Source: Cycas panzhihuaensis (Eukaryota > Plantae > Cycadophyta). Taken from it: 64,000 nt of DNA. Position numbers and translations under genes: made by a program. The DNA lies in NCBI GenBank assembly GCA_023213395.1, contig CM041465.1, positions 137,647,741-137,711,740 of the forward strand, given 5' to 3'. Below the pieces are notes generated by a model. The model was given only the letters and a program-made list of their open reading frames with translations. It did no database searches and was not told the origin of the DNA. Below, in pieces: positions 23,197 through 36,239 of this stretch (position 1 is the first letter of the stretch; each line of letters opens with the position of its first letter).

Positions 23197-25090
23197 GTTA
23201 TGATCGTGGTGGAAACCCACGAGAACATAGGCATGGCCATGTTGAGCTTCATCGAGATGATGAGCAGGGAGGACAAGGGAGTCCTATAGAGATGCAGGTT
23301 GTTGAAGGTGGTGAGGACACCTCAGTACATGTCAGACCAGAGGCTGTTGATAGACATCGTGTCACACTGGGATCAGAGGAGGCACGTTTTCCACCTACCC
23401 CAGGTGGGAGACGTAACAGTGACACTGGGGGATATTAGACGGATACTAGGAGTACCAATTGGGACCGGGAGGTCACTAGGGCGCCTAGCAATGAGGTAGC
23501 ACACAGGGAGGCAGCGACATTCTTTACAAGATCAGACAGATGGGAGAGGCGAGGGATTCCTCTCCAGGCTATGGTCATGTCAGGGATTCCTCAAGTGAGG
23601 AAATTGATTACTTTATGCATTCTATTCTAGGTTTCCCAGAAACAAAACTATAGGGACATCCGAGGAGGGTGGATGGATGTAGTGCGCCGATGTAAGGCTG
23701 GCGAGAGGATGGACTGGTCCACTCTGATAGTGGCAAACCTCGTCGCACAGCTAGACACCATCAGAGCAGCAGGCCAGGGAGGACTGTCATATAGCACATT
23801 ATTACAGTGTTGGTTTTTTTATCACTTTGGGGCAGTGGCACGAGTAGGGGGACCACACCCTATTGCAGAGTGGGCCCCGATGGTCCACAGATGGCAGACT
23901 AGACTGAGAGGGACAGAGGGTCAGGCTCATGTCCGATGCTCAGTAGAGGCCATATTGCTAGACCTCCTCACCATGATGGACTATATAGCAGATCCATACA
24001 GGGCAGTGAGGTGGGACAACGATGATGAGGCAGGAGGAGCAGGGGTGCCCCCAGGAGACGATGAGGGCAGAGATGGAGGTGATGGGGCTGGCCCATCATG
24101 ACCTGTAGGAGAGGTAGGTCTGTTAGCGACATCAGGTAGAGGAGCAGGGCCATCTGGGACTGCCAGCACAGAGGCAGGCCCATCAGGGGCTACAGACGCG
24201 AGCAAGGGGCTAGTGACACTGGCCCGCAGGCTACGGATCGTGAGGATATCCGGAGAGGTGACAGCAGAGCTAGTTGTGGAGAGGAGAGAGGCCATAGCGG
24301 AGGAGGTACCAGAGGAGGAGGTACTAGAAGCTGGCAGAGTGCTAGAGGGGGAGGCAGTCGCTTGAGTCGAGCGCGCGGAGTGAGACATAGCCTTTTCCTG
24401 TCATCATTTGATTGCCAGATAGATAGTTTGATTTCGGTTTGATATCCATATAGACATAGACTGACATGTGGTATACTGGGTTGCAGGTATGGTAGACATG
24501 CAGAGGTTAGTGGAGGCGGTAGTCCGAGAGGTATTCCCTCGGGCCTACGCAGAGGGACATCCTCCCATCCAGGCATGGGATGAGCCCAGAGCGGTAGGCA
24601 GTCACATGGCAGCTTTTGCCCCATTGATACGGGCGAGAGATATATGGGTGGCAGAGTCTCAGGAGCACGAGGCACGTGCGAGGTAGCAGCAGGCTGAGAT
24701 GGATACCATCCGAGCTGAGAGGGACGCCCTACAAGCGTGAGTGTAGACATTGGAGGCTCAGGGAGGAGCCAAAGGGGATATGGGGAGCCATATCCAAGTG
24801 ATAGTGGTAGAGGAGAGACTCCGAGGGATGGAGGGGAGGCCCCGCATCATAGAGATGGAGCGGGATCGTGTCCAGGTGCGATACGATCGATTGGTCGAGG
24901 ACATGGCGTCGAGGTCGGCACAGAGCAAGACACAGACCCATACAGTAGTGATGACCCCGAGGAGGCCATGAGACGAAGGGAGCGAGGTAGGGAGCTCACG
25001 GAGACCCAAGAGGAGTCTCGAAGATATGTAGTCCCCAGGAGAGGAATCACTGCGATCAGAGATGATGCCCCGGAGGCGAGGCAACTGAGA
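23197..25090 (+). pseudogene. Plant Mobile Domain (aminotransferase-like PMD, MAIN/MAIL-related) protein with acidic linker and coiled-coil-like C-terminus; disrupted
   Basis: WDQRRHVFHLPQVGDVTVTLGDIRRILGVPI matches the PMD W..THTFHLP.GE.TVTLED...ILGLP motif. DWSTLIVANL...LLQCWFFYHF matches W...LA.LY...LLQ.W..EH. In-frame TAG stops and at least one frameshift. Confidence 0.85.
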
Positions 25091-25714
25091 GTAGTATGCA
25101 TGTACTTGATTTTTGACAAGGGAAAGCACGGGCCTCCAGGGGGACCATATATAGAGTCATATGATTGTACCCCCCCTGTAAGGACACCGGCTTCTTATAT
25201 GTATGATACGACACATGATTTTGATGTATATATAGACGGGATGATTGGTACCCCATTTTGATATGTGATGATACGTATATTTTGTTTTATAGTTGATATG
25301 TATGGTTTGTATTTTATTATGATTATTTGTTCAAGTTACACATATTTCTTTTCATGCAAGGCCGTATACCTAACAGGAGCACACACGACCACTAGTAGAG
25401 GTGATAGGCATATGTGGGGTTAGGAAATAGAGCGACACGGATGTCCACATGGGAGCATAGTGGGATATACAAAGGAAATACTAAGCGAGAGGGGGGGGTA
25501 ACGATACTCCAGAGCATCGTCCTAACTGGGGGATGCCCAAATAGGAGGACAAGGCCCCAAGGAAGAATGGGAACAAGGGTTCCATGGGAGGAACCAGAAG
25601 AAAACAAAAGAGACCATCCCAAACCACCCTTCCACCCGTGGCTGGGAGGAAAGGGAACAAACTTAAGATGGTAGTTTAGGCTCATTTCAGAGCGTGGACG
25701 AGGTGATGGCAAGG

Positions 25715-26110
25715 TCACCAGTAAAACTTCTTAAGGAATTTCCCGTTAACGGCTTTCTCAAATTCAAGACCCTCTAGGGTGGCGATCCTATAGGCGCCAT
25801 TACCGAGGCTCTCGATAATGACAAAGGGGCCAACCCATCTGGGCCTGAATTTGGCCAAGCAGTTGTGAAGATATTCCAGTTTGAGGACATGGTCCCCAGG
25901 AAACAAAGGACGGGAACGAAGATGTTTATCGTAGGTCCTTTGTGAGCGAGCTTTGGATGCTAGGTTAGCCTGGTAGGCAGCTAAGCGTCTCTCACCCAAA
26001 GCTTCGAGGTCCAGGAGGCGAGCCTGGTGGATTGACTCCTCATCGATGAGACCCCGAAGAGAAACTCGCAGGGAGGGAATCTCAACTAGGTGGGGCACAG
26101 AGCCTGCTAA
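25715..26110 (-). pseudogene. Isolated integrase C-terminal (GPY/F) segment of Ogre/Tat type
   Basis: VEIPSLRV...RLLDLEALGERR...YDKHLRSR..PGDHVLK...KFRPRWVGPF..LGNGAYRI..VNGKFLKKFY. Confidence 0.9.
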
Positions 26111-26373
26111 GTACTCAAGCAAGGCTTCATCGTCTTCGAAGTAATCCACCCCATGGATGACCTTACTTCGAATAGATGAAGTGCTAGAGGAAGTAGGAGC
26201 AACGGGACTGTGGTGGTCATTAGGTTGTCCAACTTCCTCGACAGACTCTAAGGGAGAGTCAAGAAGGGGCTCCTCGGAAGGAGCGAAAGGTAGTTCTTCA
26301 AAACCATCACCTGCGGGGGGTGGTGAAGATGAAGAACCAAGGACCTGTGGGTCAAAATATGTAATGATATGTG

Positions 26374-27120
26374 TCACAAAAGGATGACTAGTCTCACTAA
26401 CGAAAGAGGTTCTAGGTGGGGATCTAGAACGAGATAGGTACATCCTACTAGTGTAGAGGAAAGAAATGGGGTGAAGAAACCCTCATCCTCATCATGAGAC
26501 TCATTGTCGCTAAACGAGGCGAGGTACCCATAGCTCCCAATACCAATAGGGGCAAAGCGCATAAGACTATGAGAAGAGGATGCGAGATCTTCTTTGATGT
26601 GAGATTGATCGGGTATGCTGATGGAGCAAGTCGAGACGTGAGCAGAAGGGCCCTGGCTTGCCTGATTAACAGGGTGAGTTTGTTTAACAGGTGGATGCTC
26701 ACGGGAGACAACTCTCATCCGTCCATCATGGACGAACTTAAGGTGCCCCCAACGAGTCGAACACACGGCTCCCATCTGGTCAAGCCATGGTCGACCCAAG
26801 AGGAGATTGTAGTCAACGTCAACATCAAGGACTATAATGTCCGCGAGGACAGTCTTGCCCTCGAGAGTGAGTGGGATCAAAACAGATCCCAATGGGGTCT
26901 TTTTGCTACCGTCGTAGCCTTGGCATCGCCATGGAATAGGTTCCAAGGTAGAAATACCAAGCTCTTGCATAACACGCAAGGGCATAGCATTAACGAAAGA
27001 ACCGTTGTCGATAACAATTCTTCGCAGGGTACAGTCAAGTGTGTCTATGGTGATGGTGAACGGGAAGTTCTATTGGTGTTCCCTTTCACACGTAGGGGCA
27101 AGATCTTTAGGATCAAAAGA
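26374..27120 (-). pseudogene. Retrotransposon aspartic protease
   Basis: RRIVIDNGSFVNAMPL...YNLLLGRPWL. Confidence 0.9.
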
Positions 27121-27499
27121 AATGACAGGCTCATGGCCTTGGGTAACACCCAAAGTGTGAATGGGCATGTCATTCCATCCTAAAGCTTCCAAAAGGAGAG
27201 TCCACTACTGGGGATAACTCCTCAAAACATCCATCAAGGACATTCCCGCAGCGATAGTATGGAGTTCATCAACGATAAAGAAAGGCTTACCCTTCGTAGG
27301 AGGTTGGGTAAGCGCCCTTCAGAAATCGTAATGACCAGGACGTACGGGAATGGCCTTGGGAAAAAGAGGCACTTCTAGAGGAGAGTTTTCCAGAAGAGGA
27401 TTGGAGTGTGGGGCAGAAGAAGAGGCACCAGCTGCCTCTTTAGCAGTTTGAGACCAAGTAAGGGCATACAAAGGAGTAGCCTCAAGCATTTAGATCACC

Positions 27500-29718
27500 T
27501 TCTTTCCCTTATTCCAGGACCGAGAAGGTGAAGGAGTGCGTCAGTTAGGGGAACGAGAGGAAGAGGATGAATCTCGAGTGCCCTTCCCTTTATCACGGGT
27601 AGGACGGGAATTCGGGGATCTTCCCCAGTTCCAGTTGTTTTTGGGCTGAGTGTTACGATCACGTTCTCCATGTTTGGGGAACTGATCCTTGTGGACCGGT
27701 TGGTCTGGATTAGGCCTTGAGGCCCGTTTAGGGGATGAGTCATATTGAGGGGCATCCATGAGATGTTGGGCCCTACAACATGAGTCATCATGGAAGCACT
27801 CCCTATGAATGGAACACCACTTCTTCTCAAGCAAAGAATCTATCTTCCTTACTTGAGAGGACTAGGTGTTACCATTCCTAGGGAGGGAAGCTTGAGTAGC
27901 TTGTTGGATTTGTTTGTTAGAAGTTGGTGATAAAGGAGCTTATAGTTTGAGTTCTTTCATCATACGTTCAAATGAATATATAGCAGATGTAAGTGGGTCT
28001 AAAGTCTTCTTAGTTGGAAGAGAAGAAGACCTAGAAGATTGTTGAGGTTTAATATCTTTAGTTGGAGGTGGTGCCTCACGTCGCTGTGAGGGCCTGAGAG
28101 GCTTCTTTAGTCCAGCCTAGATCTTAATAGCCTCAAGTGCTAAGCACTTTGTAATAGTGGAGTCACATGTAGTCACCCCAATTTTAAGGACTTCTACATG
28201 GACTTCAGGGCGAAGTGCGTTAATGAAGAGATCCCTCTTCAACTCCTCGGGCAACGTAGCCTTAGTGGAATGAAGAAGGTCATGGAACCGCCGCACAAAG
28301 TCACGATTCATCTCGTCGTGGCCTTGTTTGAGCAATCAAAGAGATCTCATTCCACTTTCAAATGGGCAAGCAACATCAAAATAATTGATGAACTCGTCCA
28401 CAAGTTGCTGGAACGAAAAAATGGAATGAGCTAGAAGATGATAAAACCACTTAAGGGCATCACCTTGTAAAGATTGAGGGAATAGTTTAATTAAGATGTG
28501 GTCATAGGCCCAGTAATCAATACACGCCATAGAGAAACTACGAACGTGCTCCATTGGGTCTTGTGAGGAAGTTCCGTCAAATTTAGGAACTTCGGGAGGA
28601 TGAGGCGGCAGATTGGTTCTTAATGCCTCAATAGATAGTGATGTTGATCTATAGTCCATGAAGGGACGTGCCCTTGCCTGGACTGTAGGATCGACGAATG
28701 ATGCAGTAGGTAGTGAACAAGGAACGGATGGGGGTGATAAACCTATCCCTCCTTGAGGAAATGCCCCTTGTTGGAAGGGGGCTTGAGGATAAGCACCTTG
28801 AAAGGGAGTTGGGTTCCCTTGCGAAGGCGCAGCAAAAGAGGCTACGCTAGATGGTGGAAAAGGAGGGTGTGGAACCGGGTTTTATCCGTATGGGCCACCC
28901 GTAGGTGGCGCAACCCCATATGGATGTAGCGGGTCCACCCCGTAAGCTGGAATATGATTCCCTTTACCCTGCCCCCAAGGTTGAGAAGTATAACCTAGGG
29001 GTATGTAAAGAGAAGGACCATGGGATTGGTTTTGAAGATACGTGGGAGTGGGTCCCACACGACTAGTGGTAGAAGCGTTAGCAGGCCCCCTAGGCCTACT
29101 AGGAAACACATGTGCCATATTGGCTTGACTCAGAAAAGGTATGCTAACCCCAAGCTGGGAGAAAGACATACCTTGAGAGGGTCCTAAAGAGCTAGGACCA
29201 TGACGAGGAACAGAAGGCGCAACATGTGTCCCCAAAATAATTGTATGGATGGAGTGGGACGAATGTGTAGGCACGAAAGGATTAATCGTTACAGGAGGTG
29301 TAGATGCGGATGAAGAAAATGGGAGAGGAGCAGACGAGGAAAACGCTCCACCACGAAAAGCATCTTCAAACCATCTAGGACATGGTTGAAGACGAGCAGC
29401 TCGAAAGCACTCGTTAAGAGATTCAACCACGTCAGTAGAAGGGGTATCAACATGATCATAAGAAGTAGATGGGACTTCAAATGAAGTAGACCCCTCAGGG
29501 AACTCCTCATAAGAATCACCAACTGGATGGTAAATCTCAAGAGGAGATGGTCCTTCTATCATTTGAGTAGAAGGATGGGTGTCAAGTGGGTGACATTGGT
29601 CACCCGGGTAGTAAATAGGATCGTCACCCTCTTGGGTGGATCCTGGAATAGATGTGGGAAACTCATGAGTTCCCGAGACCAAGGTGTAATAGGCCCAATC
29701 GGAGGGGTATCCTTCCAT
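27500..29718 (-). pseudogene. Gag (Pro/Ser-rich N-terminus, Retrotrans_gag core, Zn knuckle), disrupted
   Basis: VPKFDGTSSQDPMEHVRSF..LFPQSLQGDALKWF; LKQGHDE..RDFVRRF; WCSIHRECFHDDSCC. Confidence 0.88.
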
Positions 29719-29959
29719 GGTCTAATCAGAATCTGACGATGAAAGAGGACGATACCTGGGATCTTCTAACAATGGAGGCAAACCACATAGGCAATGAGAG
29801 AAGCATCGCATAGAAAGCTTGCCAACACTTTAGAAGAAGGAAAAAGCCACAAGGAGTGCACATTGGGGGCTGCCCAATGGAGGAGATAAAGAGAAAGGAA
29901 CCACTAGAAGGTAGTAATATCAACAGGAAGGGATGAGAACTAGCTCCCTTACTGGTAAG

Positions 29960-29977
29960 TCCCCAGTATGGTCGCCA
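29960..29977 (-). promoter_or_regulatory. Primer binding site, tRNA-Arg type (Ogre-like)
   Basis: Minus strand TGGCGACCATACTGGGGA, 1 nt from a CA terminus at 29979. Confidence 0.75.
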
Positions 29978-29978
29978 G

Positions 29979-30946
29979 TGGATGCGCGTCTATGGGATAA
30001 TCACCTAACTGAGTGGAAATAGCGAGGATGATCGATAACGGTATCGAGGGTGCAGATAGAAACCTACAAGCGAAGCGAGTACCATGCAGGTGCACCGGTC
30101 TTGTTTGAGCACGAGTTCGGGACCTGCGGATGATACCCAACTACCTGAGAGTGGTTCCCCACCTCAAAGAGAAAGGGGGAAAGTGAGAGAAGTAGCCTGG
30201 ATAGACTTAGGAAGAAAGTCCTCCCACCCTTGGATGGTCAGAAGGGGAGGAAGAGAATCCCCAAGGGTTTCCCTATGATGGAGGGAAACAAGTGGGAGTA
30301 AGGTAAGCGATAGCCTATGGTGCGGCTAGGATCTTCTTGGTTATTTGATTGACCAAATAAAGCCGAGAAGAGGAGAAGGGAGCGGGAGTGGACAACAATC
30401 CCAAAATCTCCCTTAATGATTCAACCAAGAAGGCGAGAGTGATGTGACATATGCAAGCAAACAAAACCAAACAAAGAAAACAAGCCAAAAGGGGCGAGGA
30501 TTGGATTTACAAGCTCAAGAAAAGATGAAGGAAAAATCTCCTAAAGTCTTTTCTCAGAGTGAATGTGGTGCGTAATGTGTAAATATATAAATGCGAGTAA
30601 AAGATATTAATTTCCTTTTCCCTTTTATGTTTGACCTATTTAACTAATGCATAGACCACAACTAAAAGTACGAAAAGGAAAGTGAGGACAAGAGGAAGAA
30701 GTACGTACCCAGGAGAGTAGCGGCCGATAGGAGACCTCGCTCATGCGCCACGCACATCCTCGCCAAGCCCACAGATAATGGAGGGGCTTCCTTACCTTCC
30801 CCTTGCGAAAGGAAACAAAAATGAAAGCAAAGAGCAAAACACAAGAGACCTTACCCGGATCTAAGTGCTTGACACCTTTGCGAGAGCACCGCGGCAACCT
30901 GCACATGCACAAACCTATCCCTTCCAAGAAGGGGCTGCAAGAGACA
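29979..30946 (-). repeat. Putative 5' LTR of the Ogre/Tat-like element
   Basis: TG..CA bounded, adjacent to the PBS, abrupt composition change at 30946. No partner LTR in the window. Confidence 0.55.
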
Positions 30947-31170
30947 ATCTATATAAGCTTTATGTGAGTACGATATACACTGGTAATTGTAATTTGGCTA
31001 TTATAGAAAGTAGTAATAATGTAGGTAGGACCCAAGTATCACTTATTGGGCATCAAAGATTAGGCCATATTAGAGAGAAAAGCCCCTATAATTTAGCCAT
31101 ATTAGAGAGAAAAGCCACTTTAATTTATTCTTCAAAGGTATGGTTGAAGACATCCCTGAAATTTATGGCT
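30947..31170 (+). mobile_element. Copia fragment (GAG-pre-integrase domain)
   Basis: NLYKL...GHQRLGHIREK; internal 20-bp duplication CCATATTAGAGAGAAAAGCC. Confidence 0.65.
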
Positions 31171-31509
31171 TATTATATAACCACTAGTGGTTGGCAGAAC
31201 TCTTGAGAATGTACTCTTTGTTAGTAAGAAGCAGATGTTAATGCTCATAATTAAAATGTGTATGTAGGTCACTTGGGGCTACTAATGGAAATAAAGGCCT
31301 AATGCCTCTTCGATGAGATCCATTTTCTAAATGGCTAATTTGCCTATTTAAGGCCCTATGGATATGAAAGAAGATTAGTTTGTGAATGTGAAATTACTAT
31401 TGCCCTTTAGTATGATCTTTTAATATTTATTTTAGTGTTTATTTATACTCTTTTTCTATGTTCTATTTTCTATTTATATATAAAGACAGACTAAAAGAAC
31501 TATATTAAG

Positions 31510-32738
31510 TAGTATCATAGCTCAGTTATATAATAAATGGGAACTATAGAATAGGTAAAAATCAAGGAAATTTTTTCCCTCCAATATGATTAAGTACTTT
31601 CTTTACACAAGTAGAGATTGAGAAAAGATCACCACTCAGTAAAATCTGCGGCATTCAAGACTCATAAAGAAAAGGAAATTTTATTTCCCCTTAGTAATGC
31701 TCAACACCTTTTCTTTGAATTTGATTTAATTCAGTTCAATTTTATTTCAATTACAATACCTGTATTGTTAGTCCAAGGGTAGATAACTCCACTTAGCAGC
31801 TATCCTTTTCCCTTTTGATCCTCATTCCTAGGTAGATAACTTTGTGTAGCAACTACTTAAAGTAGTTAGATAGAGACCCTATACTAGCGGTCTATAAAAA
31901 TGATAATGATCTTTCATTCTAGCTAAGCATAATGTGAGTTTTCTGCCCTTTACATGAAGGACTAGAGATAACACTCCTGAACTAAGCCCTATAGACAAAA
32001 CTTAGCTATAGAATTGAGCCTCCATGTACCTTTGGGCATAGAGGAGGATCCCTTTAGGTCTTGAATCCTTCTTAATATAGACAACTTATTGGTCACTAAA
32101 GTCTTGTAGTGTATTAGTTGGCGATTAGTGCCATGAAGCTACCTGTTCTTACATTCTACATAAAAAGTTTATTAATATGCTTATAAGACCAAGTACACCT
32201 TTTTTAGTGGTTGGTAGGATACCTTATTACTACTCACATCATGCTTACAATATTCTACTTCTTACTTATGATCTAAATACACAGGATAATAGACCTTTAA
32301 TTGATAACTTCACATGCTAAACATAACCATGTAAGTAATAATCTATCAATAACAATTCTAGCTCATAAAGAAAAAATAACTACCAATAGTTAGATTTATT
32401 AAAAGAAAGTAATTTCCTACTCTACTGAGAATTCTAATTTTTAAAATACTTCCTAGATTTGAAAATAACTAACACAGTTAGATTTAGGTTTTTATTTTTA
32501 AAAAAAATCTATAATATGAAAATACCTAGGGTATTATGTCATGCTGATCATTTTTCATTAGGGTAGTTTTAACTTAAAATTTTAGGGTATAATGATATAT
32601 AGGCATCTATGGGACCCATTGCCCAAAAATTTCACTTAAGACCCACCTATCCTACTTTAACGAGCTTCTCATGCTTGTTTTGGTATACTAGGTAAATCTA
32701 TTATACTTTTAGGGTCAATAGGCTATAAACACCTTACA
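31510..32738 (-). repeat. Probable AT-rich LTR (left boundary uncertain)
   Basis: Ends ..CCTTACA at 32738 next to the PPT complement TGCACCCCCCACTT. Confidence 0.4.
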
Positions 32739-35700
32739 ACTGCACCCCCCACTTATCATTCCCTCACTTAACTCCTAACCTCTTTAGTAGTCCACTCCAT
32801 GGATGACCACGCTTCGAGAAGACGAGGGGAGAGGAGTAGAAGGAGCAGTGGGACCATAGCGGTCGACCCACCATTAGATATACCCAAGGGATTTTTTAGA
32901 AGAGTCAGAAGGGGTCTTCTTGTGAGAAACAATAAGAAGCTCCCTCACTTCATCGCCTACAGAGGGCAACAAAGTGGAAGATAGAGTGATATGGGGGATT
33001 GCATGATTGGTAGGAGTGATGATATGTGATCCAAGAGGAAAGTTGGTCTCCCTAATAGGAGAAAGTTCAAGTCTGGACCTAGAACGAATAGAGTGCCTCC
33101 TACTTGCATTTAGGAGGGATATGGGATGAGGAAGGTCCTCATCCTCGCCATTGGACTCGTCGTCACTAAGCACAGCGAGATACCCATAGCTCCCTACGCC
33201 AATAGAGATGAAGTAGATGAGATTTAAGGAAGAAGATGAGGGACCTTCTCCCCAGCTAGATGAGCCAGGAATATTGATAGAGCAAGCGGAACTGTGGGCA
33301 AATAGATCCTTATCGCCCTTTGCCTTATCCCGAGCTGTTTGATGAGGTTGGCGGGTTTGTTTGGTGGGAGGAGGCTCTCGAGAGATAACCTTCATTTGCC
33401 CTTCATGGATGAATTTAAGTTGCCCCCAACGAGACGAGCACACAACTCCCATTTGGTTGAGCCATGGGTGTCCCAACAAAAGGTTGTAGTTGATGTCGAC
33501 GTCGAGAACGACAATGTCAGTTAGGACTATTTTATCCTTGAGGGTGAGTGGAATGGACACTGATCCTAAGGGTGTCGTTTTGCTACCCTTGTAACCTTGA
33601 CACTTTGCCATGGGCGGCTCTAGAGCTAATATGCCAAGCTCTTGCATGACATGTAAGGGCATAACATTGATGGAAGAACCATTGTCCACAACGGTTCTTC
33701 GAAGAGTGTAGTCGGGAGTATCAATAGTTATGGTGAAGGGATAGTGCCATTGGCATTCCCTTTCATCGGTTGGAGGAAGATCCTTGGGGTCGAAGGGGAT
33801 GGCTGTTTAAGTGGCTTAGGTAGTGCCTAAAGCGTGAATGGACGCATCACCCAATCCCAAGGCTTTTAAGAGAACTTACCTTGTTAGGACGGCTCCTCAA
33901 GGCGTCCATTATGGACATCCATGACCATAGTGTGAAGCTCGTCGACAACAAAGAAGCACTTCCCCTTCACGGTAGGTTGGGGAAGGGCCCTTCAAAAGCC
34001 GCAATGACCGAGGCACACAGGAATAGTCTTGGGGAGCGCAAGGACTTCTAGAGGAGGGATTTTTAGAAGGGAATCAAGGTGAGGTATGGAAGAAGAGGCG
34101 TCGTTCACCTCTTTAGCCGCTTGAGACTGGGTTAAGGCGTATAATGGCATGGTCTCAAGCATCGAAATGACTCTCTTTCCCTTGTCTCGAGATCGAGAGA
34201 ATGAAGGAGTGTGACAATCAGAGGAACCATAAGGAGAGGATAAATCCCTTGTACCCTTCCCTTTGGCTTGCAAAGGGCGAGGGTTTGGGGACCTCCCTCT
34301 ATTTTGGTTACCCTTTTGTTGGTTATTGCGATCACGTTCCCATGTTTAGGGAAAAGATCCTTATGGATGGACTGGTCTACGTTTGGCCTAAATGCCCGTT
34401 TGGGAGAAGAATCACGTTGCGGGGTGGCTCTAGGGTCTTTGGGCCTGGCATTGTGAATCTTCGTAGAAATACTCTCCATGGATGGAACACAATTTCTTTT
34501 CTAGGGAGGAATCGCGCTTTCTCATTTGAAAAGATTAGGTATTACCCTTGAGGGAGCGACTTGAGAGGCCTAGTGAACTGGTTTATGAGAGGTGGGGGAT
34601 GAAGGGGCTTGGAGTTTAAGCTCCTTCATGGTATGTTCGAATGAGCGTATAGTGGAGGTGAGAGGATCCAAGGTCTTCTCTGTTGGATGGGAAGAAGACC
34701 TGGTAGGCTATTGGACTTTAGTCTCAGAGTGGTGGAGGTAGCTCACGCCGTTGTGAGGGCTTAAGAGGCTTCTTGAGACCCGCTTGGATTTCAATAGCCT
34801 CGAGCGCCAAGCGCTTGGCTATGGTGGAGTCACACGTTATTGCCCCCATTTTAAGGACTTCAACATAGACTTCTAGGTGAAGGGTGTTGATAAAGAGGTC
34901 TTGCTTCAGCTCCTCAGGTAAGGTTGCCTTACTGGAGTGAAGCAGGTCATGGAAGCGTCTCACAAAGTCACGATTCATCTCATCATGACCTTGTTTAAGA
35001 GATATAAGGGCTTTCATTCAGCTATGGAAAAGACGAGCTATGTCAAAATAATTAATGAATTCATCCACGAGTTGTTGGAATGAAAAGATAGAATGTACTG
35101 GCAGGTGATAGAACCACTTAAGGGCATTGCCTTAAAGAGATTGTGGGAAGAGTTTCATAAGGATATGGTCATAAGCCCAATAATCGATACATGCCATAAA
35201 AAAGCTATGGACATGCTCCGTTGGGTCTTGCGATGAGGTTCCATCAAATTTGGGAACCTTGAGAGGGTGAGGCGGTAAGTTTGTCCTTAGCACCTCAATA
35301 GATACGGGTGTCGATCTATAGTCCATAAAGGGGCGTGCCCTTGACTGGACCATAGGATCGATGAGAGATGGAAGAGGAGGTAGACAAGGTTGCCCAAATC
35401 CTCCTTGGGGAATTTGATTCGAAAGGGGATATTGGCCTCCTTCGATTTGATGAGAAGACACTAGTCCCACATTCGAAGGAATATACATAGGAGCAGATGG
35501 GGGTGAAGGACCCATCCCTCCTTGAGGAAATACCCCTTGTTGGAAAGGAGCCTCAAAGAAGGTACCTTGGGAGAGAACTTTCCCTCCTTGCAAAGGTGCA
35601 ACATGAGGTGTGACATGGGAGGATGGAAAAGAGGGGTGTAGAATTGGGGTTTTGCCTATATGGGCCGCCCGTGGGTGGTGTGACCCTATATGGGTGCAAA

Positions 35701-36130
35701 GGGTCCACCCCATAAGCTGAAAGGGAGCTTCCCTTGCATGCTCTACGGTTGAGAGATGTAACACAGGGGCACGTAAAGGGAGGGATCCCTAGGTTGAACT
35801 TGGGAGTGTGTGGGGACAGGCCCCACATGGCTAGAAGTAGGGGTGCATGCAGGTCCCTTAGATCCAATAGGTGGCGGATATACTATAGTCTGCAAAGGTA
35901 TAGTCATTTGACTAGAAGGGGGCATGCTCAACCCAAGTTGGGAAGAGGATATGCCTTGGGTGGTCCTCAAGGATCATGGACTATGAGGAGAGGAAGATGA
36001 GGCAAAAGATAAACCCATCGTAGGTAGAGGAGTTAAACAGGATGGACGAGGTAAGGCAGATGTAGAGGAAGGAGGCGCAACGCTTCGCAAGATGCTCTCA
36101 AACCACTTGGGATGTGGTTGGAGGCGAGGA
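32739..36130 (-). mobile_element. Second, diverged copy of the RT-less Ogre/Tat-like family (gag-protease-linker, then PPT); 5'-truncated
   Basis: Colinear with ~26145-29400: MDYRSTP.SIE.LRTNLPPHP..VPKFDGTSSQDP, LKQGHDEMNRDFVRRF, VVDNGSSINV, YNLLLGHPWL; ends VIHGVDY*. Confidence 0.88.
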
Positions 36131-36239
36131 CCAACCACATAGTGTATATAATCACATCCATTCAATGGGATGGATGTGAGAACCAAGTTAGTGAATTCCA
36201 ACGGTTCCTAATCTGGTACTGTTGACCCGGTCGAATAAA

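Larger units (their letters stand above)
22110..30946 (-). mobile_element. Ogre/Tat-like Gypsy lacking RT, RNase H and the integrase core, carrying an antisense PMD gene; no 3' LTR seen
   Basis: tRNA-Arg-type PBS 29960-29977; gag; C-x2-H-x4-H knuckle (WCSIHRECFHDDSCC); DNGS protease; GPF integrase tail; GC/CpG-richer than its flanks. Confidence 0.85.

Noticed and set aside
29960-29977. tRNA-Arg-like 3' end ending in CCA
   Set aside because: Only 18 nt with no cloverleaf; explained as a primer binding site.
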